Numbered from the stretch's first letter, positions 19,884-29,619 are shown. The stretch: 64,000 nucleotides of DNA from an uncultured Pseudomonadota bacterium (GCA_902790415.1 CADARU010000001.1:50071-114070); one strand, 5' to 3'. Notes: generated by a model not told the origin, from the sequence alone. Numbers and translations: made by a program.

Positions 19884-22800
19884 TTATTCCAAACTGGTCG
19901 TAAAGGAATCACCATAAGTACCGGCTTCATCCGGGCCAACATAGCAGACAATGTGGGAACCAACCTGGTCCAGCCATTCTTGTTGGGCCGCGGTCAATTC
20001 TTTATTATTCTTGGCTTTCAGTGCCTGGGTAACACCGATACCCGCAGCGACCGCACCACCCGTACCAACAATGCTAGATGCCAGCCATGTTCCAATCTTT
20101 GGTTTGTCACCATCATATCCTAATTTTTCTCTCACGGTATTAATGTGATTTTCAACATTAAAATTGCTGTCTACGGCGTTACACCCCTTGGCATTGCTGC
20201 AATGCACCGGTTTTTTCAATACAAACCCGTCAACAATGCCATCCGAAGTCAAAGTATAGCAGTCTTCATATTTATTATCTTCACCAGTTACTGCTTTCTT
20301 CGGTTCGCGTCCGCACAAGACATTACCAGCGTCTTTGAATCCCTCCCAATAATTAAGATTGGTTTCCAATTTTTTAACATCGCTGGATTTTGATACACCC
20401 GCTGTCGTATTCATCAAACCGCCCAAACCGGTTTTACGTTGCAACAGTTCGGTCAAACCATATCCGGCACCCGCCGCACCAATTGTTGATGCCGCAACCG
20501 CCCATTTTTGACCCGCGGTCAACTTGCCGTCTTCAGACAAACCTGTTTTCTTTGCGGCAACCGTTTTGCTAATTTTTTCTAATTCAGTTTGTGGTATCCA
20601 TGAACCGCATGTAATTGGATCACCAACCGCAAAATATGCCGTTGACCAATCTGTTCCATCGCGTAATTCTTTCTGGATATCCGGATCATCAGATTGAACC
20701 ATAACACGCACACGACAGAACGAACCATACAAATCGTTACTGGTTACAAATGCATTCGGTGTCAAACCATTGGTTGCATAGCTGTTCGGGACCTTGTTTG
20801 ATTTTAATTTCACCCATTGATATGTCGAACCCGTCATATCGTTACGTCCCATAATACCACCGTTGTTTTGTGCCAAGCACATTTGTTGTTCTTTGGTGAT
20901 TTTGGCATTATACTTTGCCTGGGCTTCTTTTTCGGCATCGGCCAAAACCTTTTGAAACAAGTTATCGGCCTGCATCTTGACCAGGTATTCTTGTTCTGGC
21001 ATGGTTACTTCAACCGAGAATAAGCACCCAAAATCGTTCATTGTATCACAAGGACCTGTTGCACCAATATCGGCAAACGACTTACACGTTGGTGTAGCAG
21101 ATGATTTATCAATACCACACTCACCTGTTGCAACGGTTTCAGCCTTGTATCCACCGCTGACCGCATCTGCCCATGTGCTGTGCGCCGCATCTGCACCACC
21201 CCATGTAACGGAATATTCATCACCTTTTGCAGCCTGTGATTTTGCAACCTCTACCCCAAAGTATTCTTCGCAGGCCTTGGCATTTACAACCGTTTCCGTA
21301 CACAAACCGGTTACAATAGTGAAATCCAAGACACCACCAACCTTGTTCATACTGTTGTTAAACGCGTTACTGGTATCGTCCGTACTGTATGTGGAACCCA
21401 TAACATCGGTTCTGCTGCGATAGCAATTTGTATAATCTGTTCCGCACATAGATTTAACGCAACTGGATACAGTATTGCGACATTGTTTCGCAAATTTATC
21501 CATTGCCGCATCATTATAAGATGCCGCCAATGTAGCATTTAACGAACCAACAACCGCCAACGGGTCTTTGAAACCGTCTTCGTATTGCGGGAACAAAATA
21601 CCAAATGCCGTCGAATCAGAATAACGATACGTTGAATCTTTGGATGCCGCATATTGACAATTCGCATCGGTGTTTACAACCGCTTCGCAAGCAGTTTTAA
21701 CTTCTTTGTATGCACGACCAGAATTAATACTGTTACCTTCGTTGTTACGAACCAATGCGTAACATACAGAACCAACACCGCCACCACAAGAACGCATCGC
21801 ACAAGATTTTATTGTTTCAACACACTTGTCTTTGGCCTTTTTATCAAACTTATCCGCCAACTGTTGAATTTTTGATGTCGTAACGGGATTGTTCATACGA
21901 GAATTATAGGCCTCGTTGAATATTTCACTGCGGTTATCTTCGTCTAGCAAATCCGCCGCCTTGGGCATTTGACCTTCGCCCAAGAATGTCGCATAACAAT
22001 ATTTGTTTGCACCAATTGTATCCAAACAAGCACCCTTGACATAACCTAAAACCTGGGACTTTTCAACAGTATCACCCGCCATCACACCAGAAATCAATGC
22101 AGATTTGTTAAGAGATGTCGCCGTTCCAGATGTTTGTGCATCCAATGCCTCGGCAATGTTGGCGGAAACTTTGTCAGAACCAACCATACATTTGAACGGG
22201 TTTTGTTCACACGCCGACATAAAGCATTGGTCAACAACCTTGTAACATGTGGAAACCGCGTTAACCGCCGCCAAATTCGCACCTTCGGTAATCATGATAC
22301 CAATACGACTGTCTGTGGCCGGTGTTGCCGCACGATTATCCGAACCGAATAATTCACGAACACCGTCCGCCTGGCAACGTGCCAAAGTGGATTCACAGAA
22401 AACCTTTTGCTTTTTAAATTCGGTATTATCGGTACACAATTCAAAGTCCGCGCCGCAAACACTTTCCTTCTTTAAGCATGATGTATATTTTTTAACACAA
22501 TTACTGGTATCCAAGCGGTTGCTAATCTCACTGGCCGCGATGAATTGACCCAAAATACTGCCCGCGGTGGGATAAATATATTCGCCATTGTTATCTTTGT
22601 TCGCCAAAGCGGTGATATTTGAATTACCAAACAGGGTGTTTACCGCCGCAGAAGAACACTGTAACAATGTGTTATTACAAATCGGTTTCTTGGCATAAAA
22701 CAATGTGTTGTTTGTACATTCTTCAAAATCAGAACCACATGCATCAGACCCGCGGATACATTCCGTATATGCGTCAACACATTCGTTTGCCGTCATCGTA

Positions 22801-23012
22801 GATTTATTTCCCGTCGTTGCGGTCCCCGTTGATGTCGTACCAATCGATGTGATTGTCGGCAAACGACGACTGCGTGCCGCAGCCATACCATTTGTCCCAG
22901 GGACAGTATAACTGACCCTTGATTCATTTGCCGGCGCAGTACGGGCCGCCCAAGACGCGTCAACCGCGCACAAAACCGCCATAAATCCAATGCAATTAGT
23001 CAAGAATTTCAT
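19884..23012 (-). CDS. Giant (1042 aa) cysteine-rich secreted protein with a C-terminal membrane anchor; hypothetical surface protein
   Basis: Signal peptide (MKFLTNCIGFMAVLCAVDASWA). Dozens of Cys, including a duplicated module C..YT.C......CG.DFE.CT.NT.F.K..C..TL..C....V..LFG at about aa 77-130 and 172-225. Two Gly-zipper hydrophobic segments near the C-terminus (WAVAASTIGAAGAGYGLTELLQRK and WLASSIVGTGGAVAAGIGVTQALKAK), then an acidic tail of about 40 aa. RBS AAAGGGGAAACGAGAATG and a TATAAT upstream. Confidence 0.65.
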   Translation of the reverse strand: MKFLTNCIGFMAVLCAVDASWAARTAPANESRVSYTVPGTNGMAAARSRRLPTITSIGTTSTGTATTGNKSTMTANECVDAYTECIRGSDACGSDFEECTNNTLFYAKKPICNNTLLQCSSAAVNTLFGNSNITALANKDNNGEYIYPTAGSILGQFIAASEISNRLDTSNCVKKYTSCLKKESVCGADFELCTDNTEFKKQKVFCESTLARCQADGVRELFGSDNRAATPATDSRIGIMITEGANLAAVNAVSTCYKVVDQCFMSACEQNPFKCMVGSDKVSANIAEALDAQTSGTATSLNKSALISGVMAGDTVEKSQVLGYVKGACLDTIGANKYCYATFLGEGQMPKAADLLDEDNRSEIFNEAYNSRMNNPVTTSKIQQLADKFDKKAKDKCVETIKSCAMRSCGGGVGSVCYALVRNNEGNSINSGRAYKEVKTACEAVVNTDANCQYAASKDSTYRYSDSTAFGILFPQYEDGFKDPLAVVGSLNATLAASYNDAAMDKFAKQCRNTVSSCVKSMCGTDYTNCYRSRTDVMGSTYSTDDTSNAFNNSMNKVGGVLDFTIVTGLCTETVVNAKACEEYFGVEVAKSQAAKGDEYSVTWGGADAAHSTWADAVSGGYKAETVATGECGIDKSSATPTCKSFADIGATGPCDTMNDFGCLFSVEVTMPEQEYLVKMQADNLFQKVLADAEKEAQAKYNAKITKEQQMCLAQNNGGIMGRNDMTGSTYQWVKLKSNKVPNSYATNGLTPNAFVTSNDLYGSFCRVRVMVQSDDPDIQKELRDGTDWSTAYFAVGDPITCGSWIPQTELEKISKTVAAKKTGLSEDGKLTAGQKWAVAASTIGAAGAGYGLTELLQRKTGLGGLMNTTAGVSKSSDVKKLETNLNYWEGFKDAGNVLCGREPKKAVTGEDNKYEDCYTLTSDGIVDGFVLKKPVHCSNAKGCNAVDSNFNVENHINTVREKLGYDGDKPKIGTWLASSIVGTGGAVAAGIGVTQALKAKNNKELTAAQQEWLDQVGSHIVCYVGPDEAGTYGDSFTTSLE

Positions 23013-23074
23013 TCTCGTTTCCCCTTTGGTATCAATTCATTATATCATAGGGTAGAAAAAAATAAAAGTAAAAA

Positions 23075-23160
23075 GTGGAGTGTGTTAGTGGGTAGTGGTA
23101 TCCAGAATAATTTTGTAAATACGAACAGATTCCAGATATCACTACCCACTTACACTAAAC
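23075..23160. repeat. Long imperfect inverted repeat (about 26-bp arms, 26-nt spacer) that is likely the rluD terminator
   Basis: gtggagtgtgttagtgggtagtggtatccag at 23075-23106 pairs with ccagatatcactacccacttacactaaac at 23132-23160. On the minus strand the stem is followed by a T-rich run, then the -10 and RBS of the downstream gene. Confidence 0.45.
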
Positions 23161-24099
23161 GCTAATCACTTCTCGTAATTCCAACATATCATCCGGCAAA
23201 TCCGTTTTGAAACGCATTTTTTCACCGGTTATCGGATGCGCAAATTCTAAAATTTGGGCGTGTAACATTTGTCCGTCATGTTCACGCAAAAATTCCAATA
23301 ATTCTGGATTTTTGACCGAACCCAAACGCGATGCACCACGACCATAAATCGGATCGCATAATACCGGAAAACCATGCGCCGACAAATGAACCCTGATTTG
23401 ATGGGTGCGGCCCGTTAACAACGTGCAACGAAACTCTGATATTCCACTGTGTGGCCAAATGTTTAGAACATCGACAACCGTATGCGCCGGCTTGCCCCCA
23501 GATTTTACCATCGTCATTTTTTGACGATTACGTGAAGAACGTGCAATGTTGCCGGTAATATCCGCCCCCGTCCAATTTGGTATTCCCCAAACAAATGCAA
23601 TATATTTTCGGGTCAAATCATGCGTAGAAAACATTTTTACCAAATTTCTATATGCCGCATCAGATTTTGCAAAAACCATAACACCACTGGTATCCTTGTC
23701 CAAACGATGAACAACGCCAGGACGGGTTTGTCCACCCAGCGCAGATAAATGTGTATGTGCCAAAATATTTTGAACCAATGTGCCGGTCTTGTTCCCCGCA
23801 GACGGATACATCACCACGCCACGCGGTTTGTTTATAACGATAATATCATCGTCTTCGTATAAAATATCTAAATCGAAATCAGACGAAATATTCTCTGATG
23901 CGATATCGGTCTGGGGCTGCGGAATTTCCACAGTGATTGTATCACCAACGCGCAACTTTTCCGCCACGCGCGCCGGCATGCCGTTACGCATTATGGTAAA
24001 ACGCTGGATTTCACTGCGTGAATAATCGGGCATAACGGACACCAAGAATTTATCTAACCTGATTCCTGCATGGTCCGCATCAACAATAAATTCTGACAT
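23155..24099 (-). CDS. rluD: RluA-family 23S rRNA pseudouridine synthase (RluD-like)
   Basis: S4-like N-terminus (MSEFIVDADHAGIRLDKFLV...) and the catalytic motif HRLDKDTSGVMVFAKS. Likely start at MSEF (24099); the longer track ORF overlaps the upstream gene. Confidence 0.8.
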   Translation of the reverse strand: MSEFIVDADHAGIRLDKFLVSVMPDYSRSEIQRFTIMRNGMPARVAEKLRVGDTITVEIPQPQTDIASENISSDFDLDILYEDDDIIVINKPRGVVMYPSAGNKTGTLVQNILAHTHLSALGGQTRPGVVHRLDKDTSGVMVFAKSDAAYRNLVKMFSTHDLTRKYIAFVWGIPNWTGADITGNIARSSRNRQKMTMVKSGGKPAHTVVDVLNIWPHSGISEFRCTLLTGRTHQIRVHLSAHGFPVLCDPIYGRGASRLGSVKNPELLEFLREHDGQMLHAQILEFAHPITGEKMRFKTDLPDDMLELREVISV

Positions 24100-24125
24100 T
24101 TTTAATCCGTTCCCATTGTTTAAGC

Positions 24126-24593
24126 CTATTTGTAATCGCGCCAATCTGGCCCACGCGTACACTTTGATAAATCTATCTTTAATTCACGTTCACCGGTAAC
24201 CGGGCATTTTAAAATACCGGTACTGACCGCCTGGTCTGCGTCACGCGTGGCGTTACGCCATGTAAAACTGATTTCTTGGGGGGCATGCACACACACCAAA
24301 CGCAACTTACCTTCGTCTTGTTTGTTTGGCCCAAGCCAGACGCGAACACTGTCCGCTTCACCATAACATGGGAAGGCATCCAAATAGTATAAAACCAATC
24401 CCTGTTTTACATCAGAATTCGTCCATGAAAACTTACCAGTAAATTGGCGCAACGGCAACCCAGTCAATGCCGCCCAATCGGTTGTTGTAGAAAAAATACT
24501 GACCCTCTTGATAACCGGCGGTGTTGGTGTCGGTGTATCGGCATACGCAACAAAAGGTGATACCATCAACATAAACGCCAAAATTTTCTTCAT
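24126..24593 (-). CDS. Hypothetical secreted protein (155 aa)
   Basis: Signal peptide (MKKILAFMLMVSPFVAYA), three Cys, no recognisable motif. Confidence 0.45.
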   Translation of the reverse strand: MKKILAFMLMVSPFVAYADTPTPTPPVIKRVSIFSTTTDWAALTGLPLRQFTGKFSWTNSDVKQGLVLYYLDAFPCYGEADSVRVWLGPNKQDEGKLRLVCVHAPQEISFTWRNATRDADQAVSTGILKCPVTGERELKIDLSKCTRGPDWRDYK

Positions 24594-25111
24594 CTTGTGC
24601 CCCCTGTGGTATTTTCCAATAATTCAACCGTAACCTTTTTTGCACCGGACATATCGCCCGACAAAGTATGCGAAAAACGAACCGATTGCCCCGCATCCAA
24701 CAATGTCGCAGATGGCATAAAACGTTGGCGCGAAATCGGTGCACCATTTGCATCATGTAAAACAACAATCAAATCCGGCAAACCATAAACATCTTCGGAA
24801 CGATTCGTAACCATACCATTTACAACAATTTTCGTTGTGCCATCATCCGCGGTAATCGTATCAACACGTTCAATGACCGCAACCAATGGTTTCTTGTTAG
24901 GATTATCACCGCGCGACGTAACAATAACCGCAACCGCAAAAACCGTTGCCGCCAACAATGCGCAAACCGCCGCAAAAAACATTAGCAACATACCACGACG
25001 TGATTGTGGCGCGCAATTCCACACGTTGCCGCACACCGCGCAACGAACCGGCCCAGTCGGTGCGGACGGCAAAGAATATTCTGTTTTACAAACATCACAT
25101 TTTACTTTCAT
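24590..25111 (-). CDS. Zinc-ribbon (MJ0042-type) plus DUF3426-like membrane protein
   Basis: The N-terminus has CDVC...C..CG (MKVKCDVCKTEYSLPSAPTGPVRCAVCGNVW). It has one TM helix (LLMFFAAVCALLAATVFAVAVIV) and a C-terminal beta-rich domain, an arrangement typical of zinc-ribbon/DUF3426 proteins. It overlaps the next gene by 4 nt, so both are in the pilin-like operon. Confidence 0.55.
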   Translation of the reverse strand: MKVKCDVCKTEYSLPSAPTGPVRCAVCGNVWNCAPQSRRGMLLMFFAAVCALLAATVFAVAVIVTSRGDNPNKKPLVAVIERVDTITADDGTTKIVVNGMVTNRSEDVYGLPDLIVVLHDANGAPISRQRFMPSATLLDAGQSVRFSHTLSGDMSGAKKVTVELLENTTGGTR

Positions 25112-25133
25112 ATCTTTATCCTTATACCATAAA

Positions 25134-26447
25134 TTATTGCAAATTCAACAAACGATATTTTTCCTGGACGGAATTTTGTATTTCGTGGATTGCGTTCATA
25201 TAATCAGACATTGTCGCGTTTTTATTTGCAACAACAGAACTGAATATACGCGTTGATGCCGAACCAGACACTGATTCACGACGTAAAACCCGACCCCCAA
25301 GGTCTGTTAATGTTGGTGAATTTATATCGTTCAAGTTCGCAATACCGTTTTTCACATCCCAAAAATAATTGGAATTTTCCGAATCTATGATTTTTTCACG
25401 AACCGTTAGGCGCGATGTCAAAGACCCCGCAAAACCAACCGTAACATACAGTGCGGTTATTCGCCCTTCGGTCATATCTAGTGTTTGATTTGCACGCAAA
25501 ATGGCAATGGAATTACTGTCGGTGGACAAACCACTTAACACCAAGTCATTAACCCACAGGTTATCTGTGGCCAGTTCCGAAAATTTACCGTATTCTGATA
25601 AATTGAATACATTTTTCGTAACGATATTTTTGGCATCACCACTAAGGGTGCCTGTTACGGTGGCAAGTCTGGTTTTATAATTTGAATCTAATATTGTTTG
25701 GTTATCAAATATTAAATCACGCGTATCTATATTGTTAACATTTAAAACTTCATCTATGCGCAGACCATTTGCATTTGCAAATGCAATGTTGGTAATATCG
25801 CGCATCCCCAGGTTTAACCCAGACAACATTGTCGCATCTGCCGCACTGTCAGACGGGACACGCCACAGATACAACGAATTATCACGATTCGCATTTGTTG
25901 TTTGAACAATACCAGAAGTCGCATCGATTCCCAAACTGGCCACATCTGTACGCCACGTACCAAACCCACCATAGGCACGCGCACCATCAACAAATCCAAT
26001 TTTGTCATCGCCCAAAGAAACTATTTCGCGCGTACGCATCGGTGTGATTTCCGAATCTGAATATACTATTACGCCTTGCAAGGCGGCCTGGTCGTTTTTA
26101 TCAACAGATTTTAAAATTCGTAACTGGTATTTATCAGACATTTCTTGGACAAAGGTTTCATCCAAGCCATAATCAGTTAAATCAGACAATTTTAACCTGA
26201 TTATATTTCGACCAATTGTTGTTAACATTTTATCTTTGTTATCGGCAATATAACCCTCTAACGCAGATTTAATCTTGTCCATTTGTCGTGTAACGCGTAT
26301 ATTTTCGGCACGCAAAATCGCACGTTGTTGATACTGATAAACAAAAGGCAACAATGTACCCGCCAATGCAATGGTTAATAAAAATTCCATCAACACTGTG
26401 CCGCGACAATTATTAGATTCAAAAAATTTTCGTTTTATTTTTTTCAT
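25134..26447 (-). CDS. Large (437 aa) protein with a TadE/prepilin-like N-terminus, paralog A
   Basis: The N-terminus MKKIKRKFFESNNCRG|TVLMEFLLTIALAGTLLPF has a positively charged leader, Gly, Glu at +5, a hydrophobic helix and Pro at about +19, as in TadE-like pseudopilins. It shares LSDL..YGL and L.L.GM(R/G)DI.N motifs with the two upstream paralogs. Confidence 0.55.
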   Translation of the reverse strand: MKKIKRKFFESNNCRGTVLMEFLLTIALAGTLLPFVYQYQQRAILRAENIRVTRQMDKIKSALEGYIADNKDKMLTTIGRNIIRLKLSDLTDYGLDETFVQEMSDKYQLRILKSVDKNDQAALQGVIVYSDSEITPMRTREIVSLGDDKIGFVDGARAYGGFGTWRTDVASLGIDATSGIVQTTNANRDNSLYLWRVPSDSAADATMLSGLNLGMRDITNIAFANANGLRIDEVLNVNNIDTRDLIFDNQTILDSNYKTRLATVTGTLSGDAKNIVTKNVFNLSEYGKFSELATDNLWVNDLVLSGLSTDSNSIAILRANQTLDMTEGRITALYVTVGFAGSLTSRLTVREKIIDSENSNYFWDVKNGIANLNDINSPTLTDLGGRVLRRESVSGSASTRIFSSVVANKNATMSDYMNAIHEIQNSVQEKYRLLNLQ

Positions 26448-27730
26448 TTTTCTACTTTGCCCGGTTGTATATCAATTATATGTAACTGAGGTGCGCTGGT
26501 TAAACCGGTGCGCCAATCGCTGTTAAACATATTTTTAAAATCTTCTTTGTGCGGCATTGATGGTATGGATGCGCGTGTTAATTTAAATTCCTTGAACGCA
26601 GGTGGCGTATAAGACGGAAATACCCACGAACCGAATCTGATTGGCGGATTGGTTGATACTAACAATTCGCCAGATACGGTCAAACCAAAATCTTGATAGA
26701 AAACAATTTCATCGGTATGAATATACGGTGTATAAACAGTCCCGGCATTTATCCCGGTAAAGGCACCTATTGTTTTTAACGAATCAGATTTTATAACCAA
26801 ATCCCGCCCAACATTTACGGATTTTCCAACTTTGACCCTATCGGCGGTTATACGACCATTTGTTGTAAAACCTGATGCATTTAATGTTCGCACCTGAATA
26901 TTTCTAAACCCACTGATATCACCCATCGCACGCAATATGTCAATGTTAACATCATCGCCACGTATTTCCGCGCCGCCAGAAAAATAAACGTTTTCAGAAT
27001 TTATTTCATTTGCATCTACAAACATTGCATTAACATTGGAAACCTTTAAAGATTTTCCAATTGCACCACCAACATTATAAATATCATTTCCACCCATGTT
27101 TAAATCGCGTTCCATCATATTTAACTTTTCTGTATCCGAAGAAGCGCGATGTAAAAATTTTTCACTGTCAACATCGGAAACATCGCGCGATATTTTATAA
27201 ACCAAACGCCCCGGTTCAAAATCCGGTGATGTAACCGCCCACGAATCGCCATACGCAACCCCATCCATACCAATAATCGCCGCATCGCCACCGATGTTTT
27301 TTGCAATCTGTGCCATGCGTTTTGTTGGCATATCAAAATCAAACATTAAATACACATCAACCACAGAACCATTTTTTATTGAATACTTGTCAATAAATCC
27401 GGCGGTTGCAGAACCAGAAAATGCCGCCAATTCTTCATCAGACAATTTGATTTGTGCCTGTTGTGGCCACAGGTCTTGATTCATACGAACAAAATTCAAC
27501 ACATCGTTTCGTAAACTAATTATATCATTTGCGATTGCCAAATTATGCATCGAATGTGTCGCATCGGTTATCATAGAATACGTAAAAGGTGCCGCAACCG
27601 CAACAATGACAAAAGCCAATAAAACCTCTACCAAACCGCCACCACGTTGGGCGCAAACAGATTCCTTGGTTGGACGAGAAAAAATTCTAAATACACCCAC
27701 TTTTTCCCTCCTTGATACAAATCGCCGCAT
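26444..27730 (-). CDS. Large (428 aa) protein with a TadE/prepilin-like N-terminus, paralog B
   Basis: ...CAQRG|GGLVEVLLAFVIVAVAAPF (Glu at +5, Pro after the helix). It shares motifs with paralogs A and C (KLSDEEL..., RDLNMGGNDIYNVGGAIG). It overlaps paralog A by 4 nt and paralog C by about 44 nt; the exact start is uncertain. Confidence 0.5.
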   Translation of the reverse strand: MRRFVSRREKVGVFRIFSRPTKESVCAQRGGGLVEVLLAFVIVAVAAPFTYSMITDATHSMHNLAIANDIISLRNDVLNFVRMNQDLWPQQAQIKLSDEELAAFSGSATAGFIDKYSIKNGSVVDVYLMFDFDMPTKRMAQIAKNIGGDAAIIGMDGVAYGDSWAVTSPDFEPGRLVYKISRDVSDVDSEKFLHRASSDTEKLNMMERDLNMGGNDIYNVGGAIGKSLKVSNVNAMFVDANEINSENVYFSGGAEIRGDDVNIDILRAMGDISGFRNIQVRTLNASGFTTNGRITADRVKVGKSVNVGRDLVIKSDSLKTIGAFTGINAGTVYTPYIHTDEIVFYQDFGLTVSGELLVSTNPPIRFGSWVFPSYTPPAFKEFKLTRASIPSMPHKEDFKNMFNSDWRTGLTSAPQLHIIDIQPGKVEK

Positions 27731-29060
27731 TTATTCTGGATTCTAGACGTTGCCAAAACACATACTGACATACAATATATTGCGCCAACGATTTTTGGTT
27801 ATATGTGTTTCCATATGATTCTATGATTGTTTTACACGTAACCGTATCAGATGAATCTTGGGTTGGGTATGCCAAAATAGAAAACGCATTATTATCAACC
27901 CCATCAATTAACACATCAGGCAGCATAGATGTCCCGGCCGGCCGCACATCTAAAATCGCCGCACCAGATGCACCACGTTGCAACCCACCAGATGTTTGGT
28001 CACGCAATGTAACATTGGACGAATATAAATACGCGGTGTCTATGCCACTGGATGTGTTATAAGATAAATCATCTTCGTCAATATAAACATCTTGACCACG
28101 CGTTAAATTTATAAAAGAACTGACATCCAAACGTTCGGTACTAAAACTAATACGACTGGTTATGACATTACCACGAACATCCCATTTTTCAGGACCATAA
28201 AATCCAGTTCGGCCTTCACTCATATTCAACGCATCAACCGATGCATCGACCGCCAACATATTTCCTGTATCACCAAATTTAGAAACCGTTTTAGCAAACA
28301 CATCATTGGTGTTTAATGTACCGCGCACCACCGACAACGATGATTTTCCAGATTCATTTTGAAATATCGTCTTGTCCGCATTTATTTGTAGAATTTTATT
28401 TCTGACGTTACGACCCGCCTCGGTTCCAAACACAGACAATTTGTCAAAAATACCGGTATCAAAATTCGCACGTCTGGCGAAAATATTTTCTGTGTTAACA
28501 AAATTAAACCCCCCCATATCTAAATCGGTCAGGAATTCCGCAACATCAGAATTACGTTCATTACGCCGAACAATATCAGAATAGTTTTCCGCCAACGGTA
28601 TACCTATTTCGATAACGTCTGAATCTGATGCCGGGTTATACGATGCATAAAAGCCAATTCGCCGCGCCAATTCTGCACGTTGCATTTTGGTTAATTCACC
28701 ACCCGCAACACGTACCAACGCGTAAACATCCGTTTCGTTTTTTATAATCACCACAGATATATCTTGGCCCAGTGGGGTTCGTGCAATAAATCCCAACGGT
28801 AACCCATACGGTTCCAACAAATCAGATAAATTATTCCCCGACACAACCGTTGTGTCATAAGGTAACGCATCAGAGTTTTCCAAGACATACAAACGTGCCG
28901 CATTTTTAACCGTTTCCAGTTGGTGTGTTGTGGCATACATTTGCGCCCCAATATCACGCGATGCCAACCGCCGGGTAAAGAAAGGCATGAAAGCAAAAAC
29001 CAATGTTAATGCCAATAACGCCTGTAATAAAAAATTTCCCCTCTCGTGATGCAAAAACAT
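27687..29060 (-). CDS. Large (457 aa) protein with a pilin-like hydrophobic N-terminus, paralog C
   Basis: MFLHHERG|NFLLQALLALTLVFAFMPFF (Gln at +5 instead of Glu). It shares LSDLLEPYGL and TDLDMGGFNFVNTENI motifs with paralogs A and B. First gene of the operon, with a divergent promoter region at 29061-29217. Confidence 0.5.
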   Translation of the reverse strand: MFLHHERGNFLLQALLALTLVFAFMPFFTRRLASRDIGAQMYATTHQLETVKNAARLYVLENSDALPYDTTVVSGNNLSDLLEPYGLPLGFIARTPLGQDISVVIIKNETDVYALVRVAGGELTKMQRAELARRIGFYASYNPASDSDVIEIGIPLAENYSDIVRRNERNSDVAEFLTDLDMGGFNFVNTENIFARRANFDTGIFDKLSVFGTEAGRNVRNKILQINADKTIFQNESGKSSLSVVRGTLNTNDVFAKTVSKFGDTGNMLAVDASVDALNMSEGRTGFYGPEKWDVRGNVITSRISFSTERLDVSSFINLTRGQDVYIDEDDLSYNTSSGIDTAYLYSSNVTLRDQTSGGLQRGASGAAILDVRPAGTSMLPDVLIDGVDNNAFSILAYPTQDSSDTVTCKTIIESYGNTYNQKSLAQYIVCQYVFWQRLESRINAAICIKEGKSGCI

Positions 29061-29217
29061 CCCCCTTTTGCATATATATAGTCAAAGCATAGCAATAGAA
29101 AAAAAATATTGCAATCGCTTTTAAGATGCTTTATCATCTGTTTCGTTTAGGTGGTTGGCACAAAATACATACGAATTTTTACCAACGGGTTATTTCCATA
29201 AAAACAAAAGAAATAAA

Positions 29218-29541
29218 ATGCAAAACAAGAAAAATCAAACATCGGTTGGCATGATGATTCAACGCTGTCATAAATGGCGGCAAAAAAGAAAACAATACAT
29301 TGACCAGGCACGTCAAACCGCGGACGAAATCGAACGTGAACGCCTGTTACAGTTGGCGGAACACTATGGCCGCATTGTAAATGCCGAACAATCAAAAATA
29401 GATTCTTCACGCGACCCCAAGGATAAAACCGCTGTTGAATCTGCCCCAGAGAACGCACCAACCGAAGATGCATCTGATACGGGCGAAAATACCGAAGATG
29501 AAGAAATCGGCTTTCCTGATTTCATCACGAATTTGAAATAA
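29218..29541 (+). CDS. DUF4167-like small basic/acidic protein
   Basis: Arg/Lys-rich N-terminus, ...ERLLQLAEHYGRIVNAEQ (close to the DUF4167 motif ...AE.Y.QHAEHY.RI) and an acidic C-terminal tail. The start is uncertain (29155, 29218 or 29251). The antisense 108-aa ORF has no features. Confidence 0.5.
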   Translation: MQNKKNQTSVGMMIQRCHKWRQKRKQYIDQARQTADEIERERLLQLAEHYGRIVNAEQSKIDSSRDPKDKTAVESAPENAPTEDASDTGENTEDEEIGFPDFITNLK

Positions 29542-29619
29542 AAAACGGCATAAATCACACTTTTTAATTCTTGAAATTTAATATAGGTTTGCTATTCTTG
29601 AACACAAAGGAAGTTCTAG

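Noticed and set aside
29147-29473. 108-aa minus-strand ORF antisense to the DUF4167-like gene
   Set aside because: The + strand ORF carries the recognisable AEHYxRI motif and charge pattern; the antisense ORF is featureless and hydrophobic.
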